Assembly: GCA_964527535.1 (NCBI GenBank) | Contig: CAZGPW010000038.1 | Location: forward strand, 1 to 54,263 | DNA length: 54,263 nt | Reading direction: 5' to 3' | DNA from: an uncultured Bacteroidales bacterium | GTDB taxonomy: Bacteria; Bacteroidota; Bacteroidia; Bacteroidales; ML635J-15 | Shown: positions 28,293 through 37,787 of the stretch, piece by piece | Position numbering within the stretch: position 1 is the first letter of the stretch | Layout: every line of letters begins with the position of its first letter | Notes under the pieces: model-generated | What the model was told of the DNA's origin: nothing | Seen by the model: only the letters and a program-made list of their open reading frames with translations | Database searches by the model: none | Position numbers and translations under genes: made by a program

Positions 28293-29945
28293 TCAATGCA
28301 CATTGGTCAAACCATAAAATTTAGCAGCCTGCATAACCTCTTCGTATTCATCGTTGTTTGTTCTCCTGTTTATTTTGGAGAAATGTTTGGCTTTATACAG
28401 GGGTTCGTAGTTTGGCATAATATCTACATACGTGTTTTTAGGCAGGTTTTCAGATATCCATTTTAGAATTTCCTTACTGCAAGAAACATCATTGGGCATC
28501 ACAAGATGGCGAAGGATTACACCACTTTTCCAAAGACCGGTAACAGAATCTTTGGCAGCTACTCCCACCTGTCGTTGCATTTCAAGGATTGCATTGTAAG
28601 TTGAGTCAACATAATCATCAGCACCGCCGGTGTATTTCCCGGCATTCTCGTTACAACCAAATTTTAAATCGCTTAAATACAGATCCACCACACCATCGAG
28701 GTAATTTTTCAACACGCCGGCATTTTCATACCCACCTGTATTGTAAATTAAAGGCAGATGCAGCCCCTTTCCTGCAGCAATATCCAGAGCAAGCAAAATA
28801 TGCGGAATGTAATGCGTGGGCGTAACCATTGTGATATTTTCACATCCATCACGTTGCAGTGAAAGCATAATGTCTGCAAGCTCGTCAATGGTATATTGCT
28901 TACCGTAACCTTCCTGGCTCACTTTAGCATCTATGCAATATACACAGCGCAAGGGACAATGGGTAAAAAATATTCTTCCGGTACCGCCTTTCCCCACAAA
29001 CGCATATTCCTCTCCAAAATGCGCGCCGTAGGAAGCAATTTCCAATTTACTGTTGGCGCCACACATGCCCCTTTCACCTTCAAGGCGGTTCACATTACAG
29101 TTTCGTGGACAAATATCACAGTTATACATCCGTTTCCATAATTTTTCACCACGCTTATTCAATTCTCCTGATTCATGCAATGCTATATACCCTGGTTCAT
29201 GACCTGAACGATTAACAACTGTTGTTGGCTTAGCCTTAATTGGTTTTTCTTTGATTCCGGTAAACGCCTGACTGGTGTCTTGTTCAGATTCTTTTTCAGC
29301 ATCTTTAACACAACGAACGGATGCTCCATACCAGCCTGAAACGAAATCCCGGCCTGTACTTTGGTTGCTGATATAATATACATTCCTGTACACCTCTTTG
29401 CTAAGGGGAAATTTAGACGATGTCCACCAAATGCCAACCTGCCCACAATTATAATATTTACCATCGTAATATCTGTATCCACCGGGAAGCGCAGTAAACC
29501 CGGTTTTGTTGTTAGAAGACAATTCTTCAGCCACCGACTTTATAGCACCTGTTGCATTCCAACCGTTAGTTGAAGCCAAGGCTTTAGCCACCTGAAGCTT
29601 TGTGTGTGTGCTATCACTTCTTTCCACATTTTCCTCAACAAAACTGATAAGTTGTTCCCATTCCTGCACACTGGGTAAATGCCAGCCGTCCGGACAAACC
29701 TCACATGCCGTTTCCCATGTGTATAACCTGCCATACAATTCCCCATTTTTGGGATTATCATTGTAATGCCATGAACCTGATTCTGTGGCAAAATTCATGT
29801 TTTCTGCCATCCATACCTGGTTTCCAATTTTGATGGTTTTATATGTATTTCCATCATTATCTTTCATCATTTCATCATTGTTTTTGCAACAAACCATAAG
29901 AAATGCACCAACAATGAGAACCACAATCAAATAAATATTTTTCAT
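28293..29945 (-). CDS. Fusion: lipoprotein signal + FISUMP domain + PflX-like radical SAM
   Basis: MKNIYLIVVLIVGAFLMVCC; DGNTYKTIKIGNQVWMAEN, YGRLYTW, CPDGWHLPS, GFTALPGG, SVRCVKD; then CDICPRNC..C, HFGEE, CPLRCVYC, VTPTH, ILRHLVMP. Confidence 0.85.
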   Translation of the reverse strand: MKNIYLIVVLIVGAFLMVCCKNNDEMMKDNDGNTYKTIKIGNQVWMAENMNFATESGSWHYNDNPKNGELYGRLYTWETACEVCPDGWHLPSVQEWEQLISFVEENVERSDSTHTKLQVAKALASTNGWNATGAIKSVAEELSSNNKTGFTALPGGYRYYDGKYYNCGQVGIWWTSSKFPLSKEVYRNVYYISNQSTGRDFVSGWYGASVRCVKDAEKESEQDTSQAFTGIKEKPIKAKPTTVVNRSGHEPGYIALHESGELNKRGEKLWKRMYNCDICPRNCNVNRLEGERGMCGANSKLEIASYGAHFGEEYAFVGKGGTGRIFFTHCPLRCVYCIDAKVSQEGYGKQYTIDELADIMLSLQRDGCENITMVTPTHYIPHILLALDIAAGKGLHLPLIYNTGGYENAGVLKNYLDGVVDLYLSDLKFGCNENAGKYTGGADDYVDSTYNAILEMQRQVGVAAKDSVTGLWKSGVILRHLVMPNDVSCSKEILKWISENLPKNTYVDIMPNYEPLYKAKHFSKINRRTNNDEYEEVMQAAKFYGLTNVH

Positions 29946-29991
29946 TTTGAATGAAATTTATGCGTTAAAATGCCTTAATCATAACAAAGAT

Positions 29992-29999
29992 CAAAGTTA
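29992..29999 (-). promoter_or_regulatory. Candidate internal -7 box TAACTTTG
   Basis: TAnnTTTG match ~46 nt upstream of the 29945 start in a 119-bp gap; chance match possible in AT-rich DNA. Confidence 0.35.
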
Positions 30000-30064
30000 T
30001 AAATTAATCGGAAACCAGGTATCATTAAACCAAAATCGCAGTACGTTTATGCGTCTGTAAAAAC

Positions 30065-31504
30065 TCAATTATTTCTGTTATAACATATCCCGTTCAAAAT
30101 TGCCACGTACCATTTCCGGAAATAATAATTAACAAGGGTTTTTATCGAAGGCGAACGAATAACGAACAAAACGATGATTGCTCTCATCACATGAAAAATC
30201 AGAAAATAAACCGCATTGAGGGGTAATTTTACCAAAAACTTAATCAATGGGATTGTAGAAGGTAACTTAACACCCACATAAAAAAGATAAAACAACCTTT
30301 CTATCTGCTTTCTGTCTTTGGTTTTAATCAGGCAATCGTTTGCCAATGTATCAAAATGTGTTGCGTTCCCGTTTAAATAACGCTTGTGAATGCTGTAATT
30401 TGTTAGTTCAATACCGGGAAATGGATGAAACATGAATGTCATGGGGTATGTGATTTTACATTTTGCATTGAGTTCCATGGTTTCAAATGCATTTTCAATG
30501 GTTTCATCAGGTAACCCCAGCATATTGTACCCAAAGGTTTTCAAATGATTTGCCCGCAACAAGGTGGTTTTCTCAACAATTTCCTGGTTGCTGATTTTTC
30601 GTTTTAACAATTGAAATCTCAATCTTTCATTTCCGGTTTCAATGCCAACACGCGCCACCGCAAAGCCCATCTTTTTCAACAATCCAATTGTCTCTTTATC
30701 GATATCGTCTATTCTGGTTAAGATTTCGAATGGCAGGTCAATGTGCTTAATGTATTTTGGTGCAAATTCAGTCAACCATTTCTTATCCAAGGTGAGAATT
30801 TCATCAACAAAGAAAATCGTTTTGGGATGCAAATAACGTTTTGCCAGTTTTAGCTCGTCAATAACATGATCTACCGAACGCCTGCGCACATATTTCCCTT
30901 TTCCGGCAAACAATTTTTTGTAAACATGATTTATACAATAGGGACAATTGTACGGACATCCCCTGGAGGTCATGATGTCGTATGTGGTAAACTGATGGTA
31001 TGCCCTGTATTTTCGTAAAAACCCCATATCGGGGACAGGCAGGCTGTCTAAATCAGTGACCAATTCACGTATTTCATTTATATAAATGCGGCCATTTTGC
31101 TTTATCCATAAGTTTTGAATTGTGGTGATATCGTCATTGGTCTCAATCTTTCTTGCCAGTTCGATGAACGCGTTTTCTCCCTCGCCCATACACACGGCAT
31201 TAATGCTTTTCTCATTGATGATATCCGGTGTAAGTGTTGGATGAGGGCCACCAAAAACAGAAAAATACGTTAAGCCTGCTTTCAACTTTTTATTGAGGTC
31301 TAAAAAATAACCATACGTAAAACTATCAACCGAAAACCCTATGATGCCGGGGTTTAATGCTTTTACTTTCCTGAAAAAGTTTTTTTCCAGTTTCAAATCC
31401 ATGACAACGACGTGATACCCCGCTTGCTTTAATACTGCGCTAAGTGTTCTTACCGCCATGGGAATAATCATAAAATCACTTTTGAAAACCAGAAGAATAT
31501 TCAT
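30065..31504 (-). CDS. B12-binding domain radical SAM protein
   Basis: IIGFS, GGPHPT, GEGE; TSRGCPYNCPYC, GIETG, MLGLPDET. Confidence 0.92.
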   Translation of the reverse strand: MNILLVFKSDFMIIPMAVRTLSAVLKQAGYHVVVMDLKLEKNFFRKVKALNPGIIGFSVDSFTYGYFLDLNKKLKAGLTYFSVFGGPHPTLTPDIINEKSINAVCMGEGENAFIELARKIETNDDITTIQNLWIKQNGRIYINEIRELVTDLDSLPVPDMGFLRKYRAYHQFTTYDIMTSRGCPYNCPYCINHVYKKLFAGKGKYVRRRSVDHVIDELKLAKRYLHPKTIFFVDEILTLDKKWLTEFAPKYIKHIDLPFEILTRIDDIDKETIGLLKKMGFAVARVGIETGNERLRFQLLKRKISNQEIVEKTTLLRANHLKTFGYNMLGLPDETIENAFETMELNAKCKITYPMTFMFHPFPGIELTNYSIHKRYLNGNATHFDTLANDCLIKTKDRKQIERLFYLFYVGVKLPSTIPLIKFLVKLPLNAVYFLIFHVMRAIIVLFVIRSPSIKTLVNYYFRKWYVAILNGICYNRNN

Positions 31505-31561
31505 TCATACAAAATTTTAATCATGAAGCACCAAAATTAAACCAAAAACCCCAGACACCAA

Positions 31562-32962
31562 CTATTCTGTCATTAAGCCTTCTATATCAGCCAGGGAACT
31601 CTCACCTCCTTTTATGTAATTTTTCATAAATACACTTAACAGACTCCGGATAAGCTCGAGTATTTTTTTCTTTATCAGGGTTGACAAACGGTTCGTTGCA
31701 TAAGATTTTCTAAAAGAACGGGTACTTTTCTTGATGCCATATTTTTCCGGATTTTTTGTCCAGTCACTTCTTGGTAATAACATGGCGGTTGACACCATAA
31801 AATACGACAAATAAGCCCTTGTTTTCAAAACAAACCGGATTGTTTTTAAAAAGTCGATAAATGTTTCTTTTGGCGCACCAACCATCAAGGTAATGTTCAC
31901 ATTAATGCCGGCTTGTTTTGCCTCTTTAATGATCCGTTCCATCTCATTCACACGGGTGTTTTTGTGCATAAAATCCAACACTTTCTGGCTGCCACTTTCA
32001 GCCCCAAAACTTAGATCCGTACAACCTGCTCTTTTCATTTTAACCAATAAGTCCTTAGTTAACCATTTGTCAAGCCGTGCTTGTGAGAACCAGTATATTT
32101 TGAGGTTGTTATCAATGATATAATCGCATATTTTCTCGAGGGTTTCAGCATTAGCTGCAAGAATAGAATCAGATTTGTAAAAATAATTGGATTTATACCT
32201 GTTTTTTAAAAAGATCAACTCTTTCACAATATTTTCAGGTGAACGTTGCCTTACTTTTTTCCAAAACGGAGATTCTTCACAAAAAGCGCATCTGTTAGGA
32301 CATCCTCTCACAAACGATGTGGACAGCCAGACTTTTGAACCAATTTTGCGGTAATCATCAATGATATCATCAAAATCAGGATAAGGCAGGGTTTCAATAT
32401 CAACCAAACCTCGCCTGCCTCCATAAACAAGTTTCCCTTTGTCAAGCATATATACGCCTTTATGAAGCTTAAAATCACTGGCCAATTCAAGGAAGGTTTC
32501 CTCACCCTCACCAACAACTGCAGCGTCAACCCCGCTTTTTAAAAACATTTCTGCATTGTTTTCATGGCATAAGGCGCCTCCTGCAACGACCTTAACTTTT
32601 GTTTGTTTTTTTATTTCACGTATCAAAAATAAAGCACTGTGGACTGATGCCGCATTTACTGAAAATCCAATGATATCAGGTTTCTTAGTCAATATTTGGT
32701 TTAATAAACCATTGATGTCTAATTCGGGAAGTATCTTTTTATAAAACAAATCATCATATAGCCAGTACTTTAAGTTTTTATCTTCCCACCATGATTTATG
32801 TTCAGACTGCAAGAATGATTTGATGTTCAAATCCAATACAGAAACATTATTTTTTGCATATTTATTAAGATAAGCCTTTAGGGCACAAATTCCCAAAGGT
32901 ATGGTAAACGATTTGCAAATTGTTGACCCTGAAGGCGGATTGATCAAAAGCACACTGTTCAT
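31562..32962 (-). CDS. B12-binding domain radical SAM protein
   Basis: LLINPP, PLG, IIGFS, GG, GEGE; RGCPNRCAFC, FGAESGS, MVGAPKET. Confidence 0.92.
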   Translation of the reverse strand: MNSVLLINPPSGSTICKSFTIPLGICALKAYLNKYAKNNVSVLDLNIKSFLQSEHKSWWEDKNLKYWLYDDLFYKKILPELDINGLLNQILTKKPDIIGFSVNAASVHSALFLIREIKKQTKVKVVAGGALCHENNAEMFLKSGVDAAVVGEGEETFLELASDFKLHKGVYMLDKGKLVYGGRRGLVDIETLPYPDFDDIIDDYRKIGSKVWLSTSFVRGCPNRCAFCEESPFWKKVRQRSPENIVKELIFLKNRYKSNYFYKSDSILAANAETLEKICDYIIDNNLKIYWFSQARLDKWLTKDLLVKMKRAGCTDLSFGAESGSQKVLDFMHKNTRVNEMERIIKEAKQAGINVNITLMVGAPKETFIDFLKTIRFVLKTRAYLSYFMVSTAMLLPRSDWTKNPEKYGIKKSTRSFRKSYATNRLSTLIKKKILELIRSLLSVFMKNYIKGGESSLADIEGLMTE

Positions 32963-33027
32963 AAATGTATCTTATAAAGACTTAAAAAGTTAAAATTACG
33001 GAAAATAAAATGAAGCATGAAAGCAAT

Positions 33028-33582
33028 TTATTTATAATGTTGACTTACAAATCCATAAAGTTTATAAAACATCAAGGCAATCCCTTGAGATAAATATATC
33101 GCCAACAAAAAGAACACATAAGCATAAAGCTGATATTGTTGTATGTCAGGATGATACTCAAAAGTGGTATAAAACTGATTTATATGCTCGTTTGTAAATA
33201 CCCCGCCCTGCATATTGACAATGGTAAAATCAACCACCGGATACAATATATTTAACACCGCTGTAACAAAAAAGCCCAACAAAACGCCAACAACAGGCTT
33301 TTTACGATTAGGGAATATTTTTTTCAGCACATACGCCCGAAGGAATATTATTGACACAAAATACAGTGAAGCCAAAGCAATAATGGATATTGGGTAGTTT
33401 GTTCCCGGGATGTTGATGTTTGTGGTATAAGTTATTTGTCCGTAATAATTATCCAGCCAAATAAATAATACACCAACAATAAACCCTGATAAAAGGGTAA
33501 AGGTCAATTTTTTTAGTTTAAAATTGAGAGCGTAAGCAAACCAGAACACCCATATAATGATTAAAGCAATTTCGATGGTCAT
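33028..33582 (-). CDS. Hypothetical integral membrane protein
   Basis: About five hydrophobic segments; start overlaps the stop of the upstream rSAM. Confidence 0.7.
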   Translation of the reverse strand: MTIEIALIIIWVFWFAYALNFKLKKLTFTLLSGFIVGVLFIWLDNYYGQITYTTNINIPGTNYPISIIALASLYFVSIIFLRAYVLKKIFPNRKKPVVGVLLGFFVTAVLNILYPVVDFTIVNMQGGVFTNEHINQFYTTFEYHPDIQQYQLYAYVFFLLAIYLSQGIALMFYKLYGFVSQHYK

Positions 33583-34490
33583 GTATTTATTTTTTTATCA
33601 GCCCGGTAAAACAAATTCAGAGGGGCAATATTCGCCCCGGAAAAATAACCACAATAGGCACAGTTCATACTAAGGCATGCTTTCCTTTCTTCCAGCATTG
33701 CATTGTAATGCTTCACGTTATCCCGCCAATAACATTTGTTTTTGTGATTGCTTTTGGCGTACCAATTTATAACGAAACGGTTTATTTTCAACAGGTCCGG
33801 GTATTTCTTTTTGGAATTTTTAATGGCTTCAATGATTTTTTTTCTCATGTTTTCGTCAAAGTACAATTCATCATCTTCGCTGAAAGGCGTATAAAGTGAA
33901 AACACCATGGAGTCAAACTTGTTTTTGATGGCATATTCGGCTACTTCATTGATTTGATTGTAGTTTTTGCCGTTCAGCGTCATTAAAATCACCACCCGTT
34001 TATCGTTGTAATAATTCTCAGATATGTCATCCATAATTTTACGGCTCCTGTATTTCTGATTGTAATCATCATTACCGTCAATGGAAATAAAAATCCGGTG
34101 ATTGATGTGTTCAGGTATTTTTATAATGCCATTTGAACATATGTCAATATATGGAAACAAACCATTGGCCAATTCGATGGCTTCCATTCTCAAAGCTGGT
34201 TCCCCCCCAACCAAACACAATCGCCTGATACCTTGCTTGTGCAACGATTTTAATTTAGTTTTCCAGGTATCAATGTCCAATTCTTTTTCGGGAATATATT
34301 CCGGGTTTTTAAAATAAAAACAATGCTTACATCGTAAATTGCACTTACCGGTTACATCTATTTCGGCAATATATGGTTTTCTGAACAACATTCTTGTCAG
34401 TTCAAAACAGGCAACATTAGCCATACGGCGGAAATTCATTTTATTTCCTTTCTCCCACAGTATTACCGGATTTTTAAATTTACTCAACAT
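33579..34490 (-). CDS. Radical SAM protein, unclassified
   Basis: DVTGKCNLRCKHC, VGGEP, SNG, ISIDG; C-terminal C..C..CAYC. Confidence 0.9.
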   Translation of the reverse strand: MLSKFKNPVILWEKGNKMNFRRMANVACFELTRMLFRKPYIAEIDVTGKCNLRCKHCFYFKNPEYIPEKELDIDTWKTKLKSLHKQGIRRLCLVGGEPALRMEAIELANGLFPYIDICSNGIIKIPEHINHRIFISIDGNDDYNQKYRSRKIMDDISENYYNDKRVVILMTLNGKNYNQINEVAEYAIKNKFDSMVFSLYTPFSEDDELYFDENMRKKIIEAIKNSKKKYPDLLKINRFVINWYAKSNHKNKCYWRDNVKHYNAMLEERKACLSMNCAYCGYFSGANIAPLNLFYRADKKINT

Positions 34491-34499
34491 AATCTTTTA

Positions 34500-35369
34500 T
34501 CAAAAGCACACTATTTTTATGGATACAGCCAATCCGCAAACCAAGTAAATAAAACGATACAATGACCTGTATGTTAGTCTTTTATCAATACTATTCTCCA
34601 TGTTTTTATTATAATACAAAAACAGCACCAAATGGAATAAAAATCCCACAGCAAAAACCAACAATTGAAATGTATCAATGATATGTTTCCAAAACAGCAC
34701 TGCCCAATAGAGGTGTGCCCCAGCAAAAATCAAAAATGAAACGTATTTGGTGTTTTTAATACTCCATTTCACAGTGCTTGTTTTTATCATATTCGACTTA
34801 TCAGCCTCATAATCGACAATTTCATGATGAATATGGCCGGCAGATATAAGCAGGGCAAAGTACACTGATATGAACATTGAAATTTCTGATAGGGGAACAA
34901 AGAACATGTAGGCAAAATTGAATTGCACCACAGCCACCAGGAAGTGGATTACAGTTCCAATAATGGGAAGGTGCTTTCCAAATCCAGGCATTCCATACAA
35001 AAACCACAGCGCAAAAATCAGAAAATGCATCGGCAGTGAACCAGGTTTCATCCACCAGCACATCACAAACGAAACCAGATAAAATAGAATGGTAGCAAAC
35101 AGGTAAAAAGACTTTGAAAAATACAGTTGTGCATTCAATCGTTGGTTCTGCTTGTCATGGGAATACCCAAGCCACGAATTTGCCGTATATACCGACAACA
35201 TCAGCACATAAGAAACAATCGAAACAAGCACTAAATTTTCCCAATCGATATCTCCTTTAACTGAAATACCAAAAACAGCACCAATAAGGATAAAACCGGT
35301 CATCAACAACACCTCAGCCAACCTCAATGCTTTTACGATTCTTTTTATTGTCATCCACATTTTAATCAT
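34500..35369 (-). CDS. UbiA superfamily prenyltransferase (first Asp motif degenerate)
   Basis: Multi-TM; NSWLGYSHDKQN.R at motif-1 position, LWFLYG..GK, HEIVDYEAD..IKT at motif 2. Confidence 0.75.
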   Translation of the reverse strand: MIKMWMTIKRIVKALRLAEVLLMTGFILIGAVFGISVKGDIDWENLVLVSIVSYVLMLSVYTANSWLGYSHDKQNQRLNAQLYFSKSFYLFATILFYLVSFVMCWWMKPGSLPMHFLIFALWFLYGMPGFGKHLPIIGTVIHFLVAVVQFNFAYMFFVPLSEISMFISVYFALLISAGHIHHEIVDYEADKSNMIKTSTVKWSIKNTKYVSFLIFAGAHLYWAVLFWKHIIDTFQLLVFAVGFLFHLVLFLYYNKNMENSIDKRLTYRSLYRFIYLVCGLAVSIKIVCF

Positions 35370-37071
35370 TCATTTCAAAAATTACATGCGATTGCGTTTC
35401 TTCAAAGGTATTGATTTTTTTCAGTTCTTTTAGCTCATGTAGGTGCTTGTCATTTTCATCCAACACCATGTTTTTATAGAATATAATATGGGTCATTCCT
35501 GCATCACGTAATTGTTCCAAAGCTTCACGGGAGGGCAGTTGTTCTATATGTTTTTGAATTTCTATTCGTGATTTAGGAAAATACCCATGTACTCCGTTGA
35601 ATATGTTGCGTTTAAAATATGTCTGATGATTCATATAAATCAATTCCCTGTTGAAGGTAAACATGCCTAATTGCCCTCCAAAAAGCCTGTTTGACGGCAA
35701 GCATAAAATAACGCTGTTTTTATCCGTGCTTTGCCTGACCATTTCAATCATTTTATCATCAGGTTTTAAATGTGTTGCTTTGTAACCATCCGGGAGTTCA
35801 ATGCCTGCTTTTGTATGTATCTCATTTTTTACTTTATCATGGTTTGCAAGTGGAAAAGGATAAGGGACATTTTCCAAAAGATGTATTATTATAATTGTTC
35901 CCAATATCAACATTTGCTTTGTTTTTCCTACATGCGTCAGCGACTTATTCAGTCCCAATACTGCTATTACTGAAATTGCTAAAACAGATATTAAATACCC
36001 CCTGTACGAAATCCTTACCACTTGAAAAAGAACAAAATTGGAACTCAAAACCTTATAAGGATAAGTGCATAACAATAAGCCTAAAATAAAGACAATCACC
36101 CAGGGCAAAAATGTCCGGAAATGTTTCACCATATAAAACAATCCGAGGCTCATAAATAATGTTCCTGTGAATGCAGATTTCCGGATGTCAAAAAACGAGA
36201 ATAACAAATCTGATGCCTTATAATCTGAATGGTAAAGTATATTGTTTGGCATGATATTGAAAAAATCAGTAAGCTTCAGGTAAGCATATGAAACAATATC
36301 ATTCCATTTTCCGGTATCTGGCAGATAAAAATCTAAAAACCGTTGTGATTGAAAATAAATAAGGATAAACGGCAACATCACCACCCCATATATCCCTATT
36401 GTAAGGAATGCATTTTTCAGGGTGTGCAGATTGAATCTTTTAAAATACCCATGAGCGTGAACAAAGAAAACCAGAAAAACCACAGACCCATACACAAACA
36501 CATAAAATGAAAAATACAATTGAAAAGCACACAAGAAGCCGGCTAAGATTAACAACCATGTTTTTTTTGATTCTTTAAAACGCAACAACAGAATAACAGA
36601 CAAGCTTGTAAAAAAGTAAAACAACACGTGCACATCATCAATATTAACGAAAGCAAAATTTGTGAATCCGAAAAAAACGCCGCCGAGCACAGAAATCAGA
36701 AAATTTCGTGTGTAATGATAAACCAACAAAAAAACGCCTAAACTATTGAGCGTCATAATTAAGACAACGAAAAAATACCAACTGGTAGCATCACTGCAGC
36801 CAAGGATTTTAAAAAAATTGAATAAAAACAACAACCCCATTGCACTCTCGCCAAATTTCAGGATGTTCGTTTCAGGATACAATGCTGAAGTAACCTCGCT
36901 GCCGGAGAACACAGAAGATAAAACGTTGGAAAAATAATTGCTGAGAGAAATGGTTAACAGTGAATCGCAGGTACCACCAATGGTGTTATTGAGTGGAAAC
37001 TGTAGAAACAGCAACAAATATGCTGTCAAAAAAATCAGGAAAGCAGCTATTATTGTTTTACCACGCTTCAT
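35362..37071 (-). CDS. Polytopic membrane protein, GT-C fold (YfhO/PMT-like) candidate
   Basis: TM1 then acidic loop (CDSL, LYPE..GE), many TM segments, C-terminal soluble domain ILCLP..YMNHQT..IFNGVHGYFP. Confidence 0.6.
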   Translation of the reverse strand: MKRGKTIIAAFLIFLTAYLLLFLQFPLNNTIGGTCDSLLTISLSNYFSNVLSSVFSGSEVTSALYPETNILKFGESAMGLLFLFNFFKILGCSDATSWYFFVVLIMTLNSLGVFLLVYHYTRNFLISVLGGVFFGFTNFAFVNIDDVHVLFYFFTSLSVILLLRFKESKKTWLLILAGFLCAFQLYFSFYVFVYGSVVFLVFFVHAHGYFKRFNLHTLKNAFLTIGIYGVVMLPFILIYFQSQRFLDFYLPDTGKWNDIVSYAYLKLTDFFNIMPNNILYHSDYKASDLLFSFFDIRKSAFTGTLFMSLGLFYMVKHFRTFLPWVIVFILGLLLCTYPYKVLSSNFVLFQVVRISYRGYLISVLAISVIAVLGLNKSLTHVGKTKQMLILGTIIIIHLLENVPYPFPLANHDKVKNEIHTKAGIELPDGYKATHLKPDDKMIEMVRQSTDKNSVILCLPSNRLFGGQLGMFTFNRELIYMNHQTYFKRNIFNGVHGYFPKSRIEIQKHIEQLPSREALEQLRDAGMTHIIFYKNMVLDENDKHLHELKELKKINTFEETQSHVIFEMND

Positions 37072-37101
37072 TATTTACTCATTTTAACAGGCATCCCTAT
37101 T

Positions 37102-37782
37102 TTATATCATCAATATTATAAGTGTCAACCACAACACAAAAAACAGCACGATTTCAAATCCCGTATTTTTTTGCACCCAATCAAATTTCCCAATGCCCAA
37201 CCATGCATTTATTCTTTCAAATATAACAAGTTGATTATCCCTCTTTAACATGAAAACAAAAATAAAAAACAGCAATCCCAAACCATACACAACCAAAAGT
37301 ATCCATTTGCCAACGCCAATGTCTTTCACAATTTTTGAGTTGGCATGGAACACATAGTTTATTTTATTCCTGAAATTGCCATCTGTGGTAAAGGCTAATT
37401 CAATAAGCTTATATTCAGCATTTCCCTTTCCATTACTAACATCACTATCCAGGTTTAATTTTTGGTTGTTGATTTTAAAAGCCAATTCATTTTCCCTGAT
37501 TGCATTTCTTCTTACCTTTACATAAATCCGGTTCAGATAGGAATGTTTTGTTTCCCACACCCCGTCTTCGTTTAATTGCATTGGAAATTTACGATTGAAA
37601 GGCGTAACCAAAACCAGTTCAGGGTTTGACTTTTTAAATGTGGCATTCAAGGGTTCTATGGTAACATCTTCAAAAATGTTAATCCTGTGAAAGTACACTG
37701 ACAAAACAATCAGGGCGGCAAGCAAAAACACCGCCACAATAACCACACGATTTCTGTTGAACATGATTTGCTTCATTCGCAT
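37102..37782 (-). CDS. Hypothetical membrane protein
   Basis: N-terminal TM, soluble middle, two C-terminal TM segments; operonic spacing. Confidence 0.7.
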   Translation of the reverse strand: MRMKQIMFNRNRVVIVAVFLLAALIVLSVYFHRINIFEDVTIEPLNATFKKSNPELVLVTPFNRKFPMQLNEDGVWETKHSYLNRIYVKVRRNAIRENELAFKINNQKLNLDSDVSNGKGNAEYKLIELAFTTDGNFRNKINYVFHANSKIVKDIGVGKWILLVVYGLGLLFFIFVFMLKRDNQLVIFERINAWLGIGKFDWVQKNTGFEIVLFFVLWLTLIILMI

Positions 37783-37787
37783 TTAAA

